Shown one piece after another: positions 1 through 11,900 of a DNA stretch of 42,839 nt. The notes beneath the pieces are model-generated. The model was not told where the DNA came from. It searched no databases and was given only the letters and a program-made list of their open reading frames with translations. Source of the DNA: a bacterium. Its GTDB lineage: Bacteria; SM23-31; JAUVVT01. Numbering within the stretch: the first letter of the stretch is position 1; the number at the start of each line of letters is the position of its first letter. Location of the stretch: NCBI GenBank assembly GCA_030616165.1, contig JAUWXV010000003.1, positions 1 to 42,839 of the forward strand, written 5' to 3'. Both the position numbers and the translations under genes were made by a program.

Positions 1-939
1 ATTTTTTGTAGTTTGTCAAGGTTTTATATTTTTTCTGAAAATCCCCCATTTTTTTGATACTCCTCAAATTTTAGTTCTAATTGGGAAGTTATTTTCTTTA
101 TTAAAGACCATTTCAATTCTCAATTCAATTTTTGCAAAGAATGTTCTCACCACATAAGTTAATTTATAATATCCAACTGCTTTAGTTTTAAATAACATAG
201 GTATTGTTAAATTATCTAATAGTATAAATAAATGAAACAGCTAATCAAAAAAGGAAATCATTGTTTTAAAGGTTTTATATCGTTGTAAATTATTAACTAA
301 TCCTTGGTTATAAGATTTTCATTTTGTTTTAAATATCTATTTTATAATGAAATTAAAAATTTATAAGGTTTACTATTTTTTAATAGTTGAAGAATTTAAA
401 ACTTAATTTTGTTGATGGTGTACGATGAATTTGATGGAATTGGAGCTATTTCAGTTCAGTGAACTGCACGAAATCCATAAATAGATTATTTTGCATACAT
501 ATTAATCAAGCTTTTAAGTTGATTTTTATTCAATTTTGTGAAAGGACACAATGCCATAGTTATTTTGTTTAAAACTTTTAATCGATTTTCAAGAACTTGA
601 TTATCGGCTTTTACCTTTTGAAAAGCCCGGCTCAAAATATTACTTCACTAATTTTTACTATTCTTAATGTAAAATCAATTTGTAATTACAATAAAAATAA
701 AAAAAATAAATGTGTCTATTTGTGGCAGAAATGGTGTTAAATATTGTCAATTTTGTCAATTTGAGGTAATATTTGTATGCTTTATAATGTGGAGACTACA
801 CTGCTAAGTTGTACTCAAATTCTTGAGAAAAATTTTATTAAAAAATCAATTGACAAAATAAAATATAAACCTTAATTTTATTGTATATGTATTTTAAAAT
901 TATTTTACTTGTTACATTTAAAAATTAAAAAAGGTAATT

Positions 940-1812
940 ATGAAGAGTATCGATAGGAGAAATTTTCTCAAGCAGGCAATGACTGGCCTGAGTATGATAG
1001 TCATGCCAGTGAAAGCAGCCAATGGGAATGAGCAAATATCTACCAATAAAGGATTTACTGCCAATGATAGAGTTATTCTTGGAAAAACCGGGATAGAGAC
1101 ATCTCGATTGGCTCTTGGTTCTGGTACTATCGGAGGGAGAAAGCAATCGAATCAGACCAGATTAGGCATGGAAAAGTTTGTTTCACTTATTCGGCACGGC
1201 TATGAACGCGGAATTACATTCTGGGATTCAGCAGACCAGTATGGCTCACATACTAATTTTAAAGAAGCTCTCAAATACATACCCAGGGAAAAAGTCGTCA
1301 TCCTCACAAAAACCTCATCTCGCAGTATGTCGAATATGAAAAATGATATAGAACGGTTCAGGAAGGAACTCGGAACCGATTATATTGATATCATTTTATT
1401 GCATTGTATGATGAACGAAAATTGGACTAAAACGATGAATGGAGTCATGGAGGTTTTGGCAGAAGCAAAAGAAAGCGGGATTATCAGAGCACATGGTGCA
1501 TCGTTTCATTCCGTGGGTGCCCTGAAATCAGCCGTCAAAAACCCTTGGACTGATGTCATTTTAGCCCGTATCAATCACGCTGGAAGTCATATGGACTCTG
1601 AACCCGCAAAAGTTATTCCTATATTGAAAGAAGGCAATATTTCTGGAAAATCTATACTTGGAATGAAAATTATCGGTGAGGGGGATTTGAGGAATCAGAT
1701 TGACAAATCTATAAATCTCGTTCTTAACCTCGAATTTGTTGATGCTATTACTATTGGCTTTGAGAGTACGAGTGAACTGGATGATGTCATCAAAAAGATA
1801 TCGGAAGTTTAG
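940..1812 (+). CDS. Aldo/keto reductase family oxidoreductase with twin-arginine (Tat) signal peptide
   Basis: N-terminal DRRNFLK Tat motif. AKR hallmarks: LGKTGIETSRLALG, GITFWDSADQYG (Asp/Tyr), ILTK (Lys), LGTDYIDIILLH (His). Confidence 0.88.
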   Translation: MKSIDRRNFLKQAMTGLSMIVMPVKAANGNEQISTNKGFTANDRVILGKTGIETSRLALGSGTIGGRKQSNQTRLGMEKFVSLIRHGYERGITFWDSADQYGSHTNFKEALKYIPREKVVILTKTSSRSMSNMKNDIERFRKELGTDYIDIILLHCMMNENWTKTMNGVMEVLAEAKESGIIRAHGASFHSVGALKSAVKNPWTDVILARINHAGSHMDSEPAKVIPILKEGNISGKSILGMKIIGEGDLRNQIDKSINLVLNLEFVDAITIGFESTSELDDVIKKISEV

Positions 1813-1943
1813 TTCTATCACTGAAATATAAATTGGACAGGAAGGTGTTTATTTTTTTTAAAATTTTGAGACCTTGCCGCTTATGTTATCAACCCTTTAA
1901 CTATTTATTTTAACGTTAGGGTATAGAAATATAATGTTTATTA

Positions 1944-1972
1944 TTGACAAGTTTTGAATATTAGGTTATATT
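1944..1972 (+). promoter_or_regulatory. sigma70-type promoter upstream of dodecin
   Basis: TTGACA (1944-1949), 17-nt spacer, TATATT (1967-1972). Confidence 0.6.
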
Positions 1973-2061
1973 GAACAAAGTGAGAATTATTATAAAATCT
2001 ATCATTATATGTTTAAAATATTTTGAAGGAGTATAGACAATTAACTAAAGGAGGCATTATT

Positions 2062-2274
2062 ATGTCTAATAGTGTTTACAAAGTAATTGAAGTGGTAGGA
2101 ACAAGCGATACTTCTTGGGAAGATGCAGCCAAGAATGCAATAGAAACTGCAAGTAAGACTCTTGAAGACTTAAGAATTGCTGAAGTTACTGCTCAAGACT
2201 TAAAAATCGAGGATGGAAAAGTTGTTGCCTATCGAACCAAGTTGAGTTTATCATTTAAATTTCGGGAAAAATAA
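2062..2274 (+). CDS. Dodecin family (flavin-binding) protein
   Basis: SVYKVIEVVGTSDTSWEDAAKNAIETASKTL...YRTKLSLSFK is the dodecin pattern. AAGGAGG ribosome-binding site precedes ATG 2062, so the true start is downstream of the ORF-track start. Confidence 0.88.
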   Translation: MSNSVYKVIEVVGTSDTSWEDAAKNAIETASKTLEDLRIAEVTAQDLKIEDGKVVAYRTKLSLSFKFREK

Positions 2275-2320
2275 TCAATAAGACAATAATAAATAGTCAA
2301 ATGTATATTCATACTGAACA

Positions 2321-2375
2321 AATTTGATAGTCTTTAGATTTATTCAATGAAAAAATCAGAAAGACTATCTCAATT
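2321..2375. terminator. Long imperfect hairpin between convergent genes, possible bidirectional terminator
   Basis: GATAGTCTTT...AAAGACTATC inverted repeat with inner GATTT/AAATC pairing, between the 3' ends of dodecin and the 942-aa gene. Confidence 0.45.
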
Positions 2376-2501
2376 AAAAACACCTTGCCGATTCTTGCCG
2401 CTTTTGGTATGAAATTTAATCAATGTGATTTTTTGAATATATTTTGGATTTTTGGTTTACCTTTTGTAATATTAATTTATCCGAGTTAATTTCAAACGGA
2501 A

Positions 2502-5330
2502 CTACTTTATAAGAATCATTTTCTTTGTTGAAATGTATCTGCCGGCTTTAAGTTTATATAAGTATATTCCGCTGTTAACCTTGTTTCCCAAATCATCCAT
2601 ACCATCCCATATTACGGAATAACTGCCCGGGTGCTGGACTTCATCAATCAGGGTTATAATTTCCTTGCCAAGTGGATTGTATATTTGCAAAGTAACATTT
2701 GTTATTTTTGGGATTTCATATTCAATTACAGTATGCGGGTTAAACGGATTGGGATAATTTTGTTTTAATACAAATTCTTCCGGTGATTTCTCGCTCTCAT
2801 CCACTGATACCGGGGCTTCAATGACAGTGATTATAAAACTGCACGTATCCAAACCACCTCTGTTATCACTGGCTATTAAACTTACTTCAAATTCACCAAG
2901 TACAGGCGGTTTCCATATCAGTTTCTCATTATCATTCAATGTTCCCATAGGACCCTTATCCATAATAACATATAATTTGTCACCATCAGGGTCTGTAACT
3001 ATAAAATAATAAGTGGAACGCACGTCAACTGCAAATGTCGTATCTCTCGAAGGGGCAAATACCGGCGGCCTGTTTAAATCATTTACCGTTATTTTAACTG
3101 TAACCGAATCAGCCCCTTCATATCCGTCGTAAACGGCAAATATTATCATATATTCTCCGGACTGTTCATAGGTGGGTGTCCAGCTAAAAGTATCACCCTC
3201 TACACTTGAACCTGAAGGATTATCAATTAAACCGAATGTTAAGGTATCTCCGTCAATATCTTCAGCAGATACTTTTATCGTTAATGTCTGTGTCTCGCTG
3301 ATTGTCGTATCGTTTATGCTTGATAAAACAGGGGCGAAGTTGATTCTTTTTACTCTTATTTTAAAACTCTGGGTATTTGTCAGCTCCCCGTCAGAAACCT
3401 GGACCGCTACATCATGCTCACCAATATCCGCATTTACCGGTGCCCATTCTATCAGTCCCGTGGCGGCATCTATCGTCATATTATCCGGGGAGGTTAAAAG
3501 GGAAAACGTTAATTCATCTTCATCAAAGTCATAAACCTCCACATTATAACTGTAAGGTTCGCCTTCTGTTATAACCGTAATTGGTGAGGAGGTGAAACTC
3601 GGTCTGAAATTGACATTATTTACGGTTATTCCCACAGTCACATCAACATAACCTTTACCGTCAGATGCCCTGAATTTTACCGAATAATTCCCCGATTGGT
3701 CGTATGCAGGTTTCCACGTAAATATATTGCCTTCCAGACTTGAACCGGGCGGATTGTTAAATACACTGTATGTGAGCGTATCACCGTCGGCATCCGTTCC
3801 TGATAAGGTCAGCGTCAAATTCCTGCCCTCATCTACTACTCTTTCGCCAATTATATTCAAAACGGGCAGCCTGTTATATTCGCTCACGGCGATAATGAAG
3901 CTCTGTGTATCCTTTAAGTCTCCGTCCGTAACCTCAACGGTGACATTATGGCTGTCAATCTGGGATTTTGTCGGTGTCCATGTTATCAGTCCCGTTGAAG
4001 AGTCGATATTCATTCCAGCAGGGGATGTTGTCAGCGAATAGGTTAAAATGTCCAGGTCGGGGTCTTCTGCATCTACGTCATATTCGTATTGAACGGTTGC
4101 AAAAGCAAATGTAATTCCCGTGGATGTTATGCTCGGAGCACGGTTAACGTCATTGACCGTTATTGTTATCGTATCTGAATCGGAGTCTATGTAATCCGAA
4201 GCCGTGAATGTTACGGAATATGACCCCTGCTGAGTATAATCGGGCGTCCATGTAAATACACTGTCTGTCAGACTTGAACCTGTCGGATTGTTGGTAACGC
4301 TGTATGACAGAGAGTCTCCGTCTTCGTTTGCTGCCGACAGGATTATTGTCAGTGCCTGGTTCTCATTTACCGACTTATCACCTATGGGTGATAATACAGG
4401 CGGGTAATTCGGAGATTTTAAAATTGTTCCTCCACTACCAACAGCCCATCCGTGATAGAAATCTGTGAAATGGACACCATAAAGCCATTCAGTAGTTCCG
4501 CTGGTCTGGGTGCTCCAGTTTGTCCCTCCATTTGTGGTATGACGGATTGTTCCAAACAATCCAACAGCCCAGCAGTTATTGGAATCTGTGAAATGGACAC
4601 CCCTAAGATCCCAAGTAGTTCCGCTGTTCTGAGGGTTCCAGCTTGCTCCTCCATTTGAAGTATGAAGGATTGTTCCATTAAAACCAACAGCCCAGCCGTT
4701 ATTGGAATCTGTGAAATGGATACCATAAAGCGTATTAATGGTTCCGCTGGTCTGGGTGCTCCAGTTTGCTCCTCCATTTGAAGTATGACGGATTGTTCCG
4801 TTCTCACCAACAGCCCAGCCGGTATCGGAATCTGTGAAATAAACTCCATAAAGAACATTAGCGGTTCCGCTGGTCTGGGCAGTCCAGTTTGTCCCTCCAT
4901 TTGAAGTATAAAGGATTGTTCCATAATAACCAACAGCCCAGCCGTTATTTGCATCTGTAAAATGGACACCCCAAAGATCCCCACTGGTACCGCTGTTCTG
5001 GGTGCTCCAGTTTGTCCCTCCATCAGTTGTATTAAGAATTTTTTCATAAAAACCAACAGCCCAGCCGTTATTGTCATCTGTGAAATGAACTCCACGAAGA
5101 TGATTACCAGTTCCGCTGGTCTGAGCGCTCCAGTTTGCTCCTCCATCAGTGGTATGAAGGATTGTTCCATAAGCACCAACAGCCCAGCCGTTATCTGGAT
5201 TTGTAAAATGGACATCCAAAAGCGCATTATTTGTTCCGCTGGTCTGAGCGGTCCAGACACTCTGCCCGAAAATATTATTATAATTGAATAAAATAAAAAT
5301 AAATATTAATAAACCTCTTATCGGTTTCAT
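2502..5330 (-). CDS. Secreted protein: 7-bladed Ycf48/BNR-like beta-propeller, about 6 cadherin/He_PIG-like Ig domains and a C-terminal FlgD-Ig/T9SS-like sorting domain
   Basis: Signal peptide; seven 41-aa repeats (WxxQTSGT..L.GVHFTD..NGWAVG..GTIL.T.NGG); repeated N.PP.....D.D.D.L.Y....P.G...F.WTP modules; C-terminal LKQNYPNPFNP...KKMILIK. Confidence 0.85.
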   Translation of the reverse strand: MKPIRGLLIFIFILFNYNNIFGQSVWTAQTSGTNNALLDVHFTNPDNGWAVGAYGTILHTTDGGANWSAQTSGTGNHLRGVHFTDDNNGWAVGFYEKILNTTDGGTNWSTQNSGTSGDLWGVHFTDANNGWAVGYYGTILYTSNGGTNWTAQTSGTANVLYGVYFTDSDTGWAVGENGTIRHTSNGGANWSTQTSGTINTLYGIHFTDSNNGWAVGFNGTILHTSNGGASWNPQNSGTTWDLRGVHFTDSNNCWAVGLFGTIRHTTNGGTNWSTQTSGTTEWLYGVHFTDFYHGWAVGSGGTILKSPNYPPVLSPIGDKSVNENQALTIILSAANEDGDSLSYSVTNNPTGSSLTDSVFTWTPDYTQQGSYSVTFTASDYIDSDSDTITITVNDVNRAPSITSTGITFAFATVQYEYDVDAEDPDLDILTYSLTTSPAGMNIDSSTGLITWTPTKSQIDSHNVTVEVTDGDLKDTQSFIIAVSEYNRLPVLNIIGERVVDEGRNLTLTLSGTDADGDTLTYSVFNNPPGSSLEGNIFTWKPAYDQSGNYSVKFRASDGKGYVDVTVGITVNNVNFRPSFTSSPITVITEGEPYSYNVEVYDFDEDELTFSLLTSPDNMTIDAATGLIEWAPVNADIGEHDVAVQVSDGELTNTQSFKIRVKRINFAPVLSSINDTTISETQTLTIKVSAEDIDGDTLTFGLIDNPSGSSVEGDTFSWTPTYEQSGEYMIIFAVYDGYEGADSVTVKITVNDLNRPPVFAPSRDTTFAVDVRSTYYFIVTDPDGDKLYVIMDKGPMGTLNDNEKLIWKPPVLGEFEVSLIASDNRGGLDTCSFIITVIEAPVSVDESEKSPEEFVLKQNYPNPFNPHTVIEYEIPKITNVTLQIYNPLGKEIITLIDEVQHPGSYSVIWDGMDDLGNKVNSGIYLYKLKAGRYISTKKMILIK
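4420..5260 (-). repeat. Seven tandem 123-bp intragenic repeats (propeller blades)
   Basis: The (t)ccgctg(g/t)tctg anchor recurs at 4496, 4619, 4742, 4865, 4988, 5111 and 5234, an exact 123-bp period. Confidence 0.95.
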
Positions 5331-5958
5331 TTTTTATATTCCTTTAATTTAATTTTTGTTAATTTTATTAAAAAATAAATAAGTTGAATCTGCAGTATGT
5401 TGGTTTTATATATTCAGGAAGTATAAAATGTTTAACTCAGCAAATTCAGAATAAAAATCTTTGAATATTAAAAGGAACCTCATAAGATTACGGGTATATG
5501 TTTCTTTATTATTATATTACAATAAAAAAATAAAAAAGCAATATTTTTTTTTCTTATAAGGAAAACAATGAGGTATGTTTAAACTGTGGAGAAATCTCAA
5601 ACGACCTCTGGATATGCAGAATAACGTGTAATGAGGGACTTCCCATTACCAGGCATGAAGGGGGGATGTACCTCCAGAGAAAGCATTAATGTATCAGTTT
5701 TCGAGGGAAGCTAAATATGACAGGCCGGGCAATTTCATATAAAACCAATTTGATTTAGCCAATTTATCGTTTGGACTCGTTCGAATTTCACAGGAATTTT
5801 AAGTTACTGTAATTAAAATTGAAAAATCCCGGTAAATTTTTTAAGGCTCCCAATCAAACATAGAGTTGTACATGGGATGATATTGCTTTTGTTATTGGAG
5901 AATACCGCTGGGAAAGTAGTTATTACACGTGTAGCCGCATTTATTTGTTAATATTCCT

Positions 5959-8900
5959 TTATTTTAACAAAATCATCTTTTTGGTCTGAACAAAACCATC
6001 GGCTTTAAACTGATATAGATAAATTCCTGATGATACTTTTATCCCAAGATTATTAGTTCCGTCCCACATTATTTGATAATTCCCCGGTTCTTGTTCTTGG
6101 TTAATTAAGGTCTTAATTTCTTGCCCAAGAATATTGAATATTTTTAGTGTAACCTTTGTTATTTTTGGAAGTTGATATTCTATTTTCGTATATGGATTAA
6201 ATGGATTGGGATAGTTCTGATATAAGACAAACTCTTTTGGCAGCATAGCTGTTACCTGAAGAACCTCATATTGTTTGATAATACCGGAAATATTAACCGA
6301 TTCCAACTTGTAATAATAGATTTTTCCAGGTTCAACATTATTGTCTTCAAACGTATATTTCATATCACCACTGCTTGGTATCAATTTGGAATTTATTTTC
6401 TCAAAGCCGTAATCGGGTGATAGACTTCGGTAAATATTGAATCCGGCATTGCCGTTTTCACTGACTGTTTCCCAATCAAGTTGTATTGCACCGACAATTG
6501 ATTTTCCCGTAAATACAGCCAATTGAACATCAACAGGAACATCTAAATAAAATTTTCCTGTTTCGGACCAGGGACTGTTAAATATTCCGTCATTGCTTCT
6601 TACCCGCCAATAATATTGTGTATAATTTTCCAATTCTGTCTGTGGTGCATAACTTGTTGTATTTTGATCTTCCGTGATTCCTGTTTTGTATACTGTAAGG
6701 TTGAGAAAAGTCGAATCGTAAGCAACAGCAAACGTATAGGTCATGGGCTGTCTGGTGCTGACGGAATTTTGTACAATCAATGTCGGTCGGAAAGTACTGC
6801 TGATTACTGCATCCTTGGACGGGGATGAAATTACGGGAGCAGTGGCAACGGAATCTGCATTTGGCTTAACTAAAAATGGCTCAGAACGTCCACTTTCATT
6901 AGGAGGATAAACATTATCCATAGAAGATATATAATAAGCATAGGAAGTATCATTCTTTACGCTCCTATCATAATAGTATGTATCCTTGATTTGAGTGGCA
7001 ATGGATATATAGTCTTCTTCTAATCCCTTACTTCTGTAAATATTATAACCGTTCAAATCTCCCGCCGCATTCGGAACTTCTGCCCATTGAATATATACCT
7101 CATTATTTCCGCCGACAGCAAATGAAATTTCCGGCACTTCAGGAGGAGTTGTGTCAGGTGATGCAGAGGTTTTAAACAAGTAAGTATCTGGTGCATAGGT
7201 TACATTATCGCTCTTATCAACAGACCCTGCTGTATATATATAAGTAACATCAGGTTCAAGGTTGGTTAAGGTAATTTCATGTTCGGTAACATCTTTTGCA
7301 CTCCCGACATTATTCTCCCATTCATTTTCATAATAGTTCGTAACTTTCCTTAGAGCATTTCGTTTTTGGAATGAAGCGCTGTCACTGAACATCACAAAAC
7401 TGTCGGATAATTCGTCTGTTATCCATTGGATAGTGGCAGTATGGTTAGTTATTGAGACTACCCTTGGACCATCTATAATTTGAGGCGGGATTAAATCCTT
7501 TATTGCATAGGTCCGAAAATATTTATCGGCGCTGAATGTTGGACCATTATCCTCAAGGTCAACGGATGCTACACGAAAATAGTAAATTGTGTCCGGCAGT
7601 AAATTCGTGAGTGTTATCTGATGAAAAGTCACGTCCTCAGCAAGAATTCGGATTTCGGGGGGACCTGAGATGGTATCCAATATGCCGAATGTCGAATCTA
7701 AAGTAAATTCAATATAGGTGTCACTCGGTTCATCGGTTTCCCAGAGAATAGTTGCCTGATCGTCAGTGATAGATGTAACTACAGGACCGGCAATTATCTG
7801 GGGTGGGATAATATCGGTTTCAGCATCAGTCGTCACGGTAGAATTTAGACTTAATGAAGGACCATATTGATTGATATCCGTTGAACTCACTTGATAATTA
7901 TAGGTAGTTGAAGGTTCCAGGTTCGTCAGAGTTACACTATGTTCTACTACATTGCTTGCCGATTGCTTTGATAGTGTATAATCCTCAGATATTCCATATT
8001 CAACAATTGAATTACTCTGCTCATCAGTAAACCATTCTATGGTAACATTGGTAGCACTCTTGTTAGTAACAGTGGGCCCAGAAATTATTATAGGTGCTAC
8101 ATCGTCCCGGATGCTGCTTGTTGTGAATCTTCCGGTACCACCTGGAGGCTGAGCAGTACGTGCTTCTTCTAATGTTCTGTATAGCGAGCCCACATACTTG
8201 GTCGGGAATGTAATCACATTATTGCTTCTGTCGGATGATGTTATAATGAAGATATATTCCTCTCCCGGTTGAAGGTTTGTTATTACAATGTTGTGTTTCC
8301 TCGACAAATCGGCGCTGCCGTACTTTTCATAACGGGCACCGGCTTCAATAGAATCGGCAATTCCATAGTAGATGAAACTATTTGAGGGTTCGTCAGTTAC
8401 CCATTCAAATGATGCCGACCTCTCTGTTGTAAAAACTATTGGACCTTCCACTATAAACGGTTTTGTTGTATCCGCGGCAACAGGAGTTAGGAGTTTGTTT
8501 ATTATTCTTGTTTTTTCATTTTTATTTCCGTCGATATCTGTAGAATTCACCACATAATAGTATTTCTCACCCGGTATTAAGTTGGTCAGATTCACAGAGT
8601 GATCAATAGTGAGCTCTGAATTACCTTCACTATAAGTCATACTATCTTTTCTAAATCTGTATACTACAAATCCATCAGATGGCTCATCGGTAGTCCATTC
8701 GATTGTAACGGAAGATAATATCTTTCCCAACGAACTCTCAGATGAAATAAGGTTTGTTACTATAGGTCCCCTGATAACCTTGGGTTTTTTCCTGTCTTTT
8801 TCCTTTTTCGTGCGGAAACTTATCGGTGTATCCCTTGTTTCTATGACATTGCCGTTAAGGTCAATGGAACGAACGTATGCAAAATATTCAGTTGCCGGCA

Positions 8901-11900
8901 AGAGATTAGTAAGTATGAATTTGTGATTTCTGACATTTTCTTCATTCGAAACTGGTCCCTCATTGTATGTCGTGTCGGTCCCAAATTCAACAATAGTGTT
9001 TGATTGTTTATTGGTTTTCCATTTAATCAATGCCGAATTCTCAGTAGTATGCACCACAATCGGTCCCTCAATTATATCCGGCGGCAATGTATCGGGAACT
9101 GCCTTGGTATAAAATGCATATAATCTGTCCCTTGTATTGACTTCATTCCTGCTTATATCTTGGGACATTACTGACACATAATAGAGTGTATTCGGCTCGA
9201 GATTTGTCAGGCTCACCCTTCCCACTTTTATAAGGTCTGCACTTCCGGTCTTGTTTCCTAAACTTGTTGAATCAGTGCCAAACTCCACAAAACTTGATGT
9301 CCTTTCATCCGTTTCCCATACTATAGTAGCGCTGTTGTGTGTAACATTCATTGCAATAGGACCTTTGAGAATAACAGGGGGTATAGTGTCAGGTGCTGCA
9401 CGGGTAATAAATTGCTGTATTGCGCCGGTAAAAGAATTGCCATTTAAATCAATTGAACGGGCTCGATACCAATAACGGGTTGAACTTGAAAGATTTGTCA
9501 GTAAGAGCGAATGTATAGTAACTTTTTCCGCATCTTCTACTGTCTGGTCAAGATTCGTTGAATCGGTACCAAACTCGATATAACTATCCGAAAGTTCATC
9601 GGTCTCCCATACAATTGTTACTGTATTATGAGTCCGGTTAACGGCATTGGGTCTCCTTGTCCATCGAGGTTTAATTGTATCCGGTTCGGCTTTTGTTTTT
9701 AACTTGAAAAAGTAACTGAATTTATAATTGCCGCTTGGGTCCTCAGACTTTACTTTGTAATAATAAATCGTACTGGATGAAAGATTTGTCAGAGATATGG
9801 AATGAAACGTGATGTCTTCCTCATGCCCAACTAACTCTGTTGAAGATGTATCTGTGCCAAAATATACAAAACCATCACTCACTTCATCCGTAACCCATAC
9901 AATAGTTGCTGTGTTGTAAGTGCGGTTTTTGACTATAGGTCCATTTAAGATAACCGGCGGTTTTTTATCTTCTTCTTTTTTTGTTTTGAATGAAAAATCT
10001 TCGCTTTGATACTTATTTCCGGTAATATCCGTGGAGATTATCTTATAGTGATATTCAGTGTCCGGAGTAAGGTTTGTCAAAGGTATTATGTGCTCCTTTG
10101 AATATTTTTCCGTACCCGTGATGTCCCCATAGGCTTCCGTTTCCCCAAACTCCACATACCCGTCTGCTAATTCGTCTGTTTTCCAGCGAATTGCAACCTT
10201 TACATCCGTTTTTCCAATCTCTTCCGGACCCGCAGCAATTATAGGTGCAACAGTATCAGGTGACGTTAATGTCTTAAATCCCCATAATCTGCTTTCAACT
10301 GTGTTTCCGCTGGCATCCGTGCTCCTGACTCTGAAATAATACAAAGTATCCGCAGTGAGATTGGTAAGAATTATCTTATGTTCTTTGACATCTGATGCAT
10401 CTTCTTCTGACTCCTGAAGTGTTGTATCCAGCCCGAATTTAACATAACTGTCACTCGGTTCATCAGTTACCCATTCAATTGTCGCAGAATTGTGTGTTTT
10501 CGCTGCTACAATAGCCCGGGCAAGAATTATCGGGGGCTTCTCATCTACATCAATCCTTGTCATAAAAGTAAAATCACCACTGATAAACGTATTCCCGGAT
10601 AGGTCTGTAGAGGAAAAACTGTAGTGATATTCGGTTCCCGGAATCAAGTTTGTTAATCGAACGAGATGGGTTAATTTATGTTCAGACTTTTCCTCAACCA
10701 TATCATAAGTTTCAGTCGTCCCATATTCCACGCGACTGTCAGAGGGTTCATCAGTCTTCCACTTTATTGTTGCCTGTGTCTTTGTCCTGCCAATAACAAT
10801 CGGCCCCGTCAACACAACCGGGGGAAGTGTATCCGGCGCAGCCCTTGTTATGAATTCCTTTATCTCACTTGATACTGTATCCCTGCTTTGGTCTATTGAT
10901 AGAACCCTGTAAAAGTATGTGGTTAAAGAGGACAGGTTAGTCAGAGTAATGTTGTGTTCCTTTACATTGGAAACATCTACCTCGATTTGTCCAATCTCCA
11001 AAGTAGTGTCATATTCAACAATGCTGTTAGACAATTTATTGGTTATCCATTTAATTGTTGCAGAATTATGAGTACGGCTGACAACAATAGGTCCGTTCGT
11101 AATAATCGGTTTGATAACAATAACCTTCAACTTGGTCTTAAATGTGCCTGTCACTTCACTCGATATATTATTAGACCCATCCTCAGACTTAATTCTGTAA
11201 ACGTACTTTGTATCACTTACAAGCCCTGTCAGCATAACATAATGATTCTTGACAAGGTCTCCACTGCTGATGGTCGTTATCACTGTATCACTTTCAATAT
11301 TAAATGAGACTACACTGGTTGCCAGTTCATCTGTCTTCCAGAGGATAACAGCACTATTTACAGTAATCCCGGTAACAACTGGACCTTCTATGATGACAGG
11401 GGGAGTTATATCTGGTGCTGATTTTGTACGGAACCGACGCAGTGGTCCCCAAAGTACATTGCCGTTGACATCAACTGAACGAATCATATAGTAATAAAAT
11501 GTCTCGGTTTGAAGTCCTGTTAATTTTACATAATGTAACTTAACACGCTCCGTCAAAACAACAGGTTCCGATTCTTTTACCTTTGCGCTGTCAATTGCAT
11601 AATATACCTCACTCGTGGAATTTTCATCAGTCTTCCATTCAATTACTGCATAATCATGACCTTTCCCGGAAAGAACAGAACTTGAAACAAGTCTTGGCGG
11701 TGTAACATCAGCCTCTACTAATGTCTTAAATGAAAATCTCCTTAAAATTGTCTTGTTACCATCAGCATCTTTGGACCCTATATTATACATATATCGCCTT
11801 CCGGCAAAAAGTCCTGTAACCGGAACGGCATGCTCTAACACGAGTTCGGGATTGCTGAAAATAAACTTCTGCGTGTCAGCCGCAGCCAATACAGAAGCCG

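Noticed and set aside
1-900. Long AT-rich region with short minus-strand open stretches
   Set aside because: No recognisable motif, repeat array or RNA structure. It may be a decayed gene, but I cannot support a call.
4418-5260. 280-aa alternative-frame ORF overlapping the propeller repeats
   Set aside because: A stop-free frame is propagated by the 123-bp repeat; it has no RBS or family resemblance.
4420-5260. CRISPR array or DGR variable region
   Set aside because: The repeats are in-frame coding units without spacers. There is no cas or RT gene, and substitutions are not restricted to adenines.
5570-5950. Intergenic stretch of higher GC between the two large genes
   Set aside because: Only short frames with no identifiable similarity, and no convincing fold.
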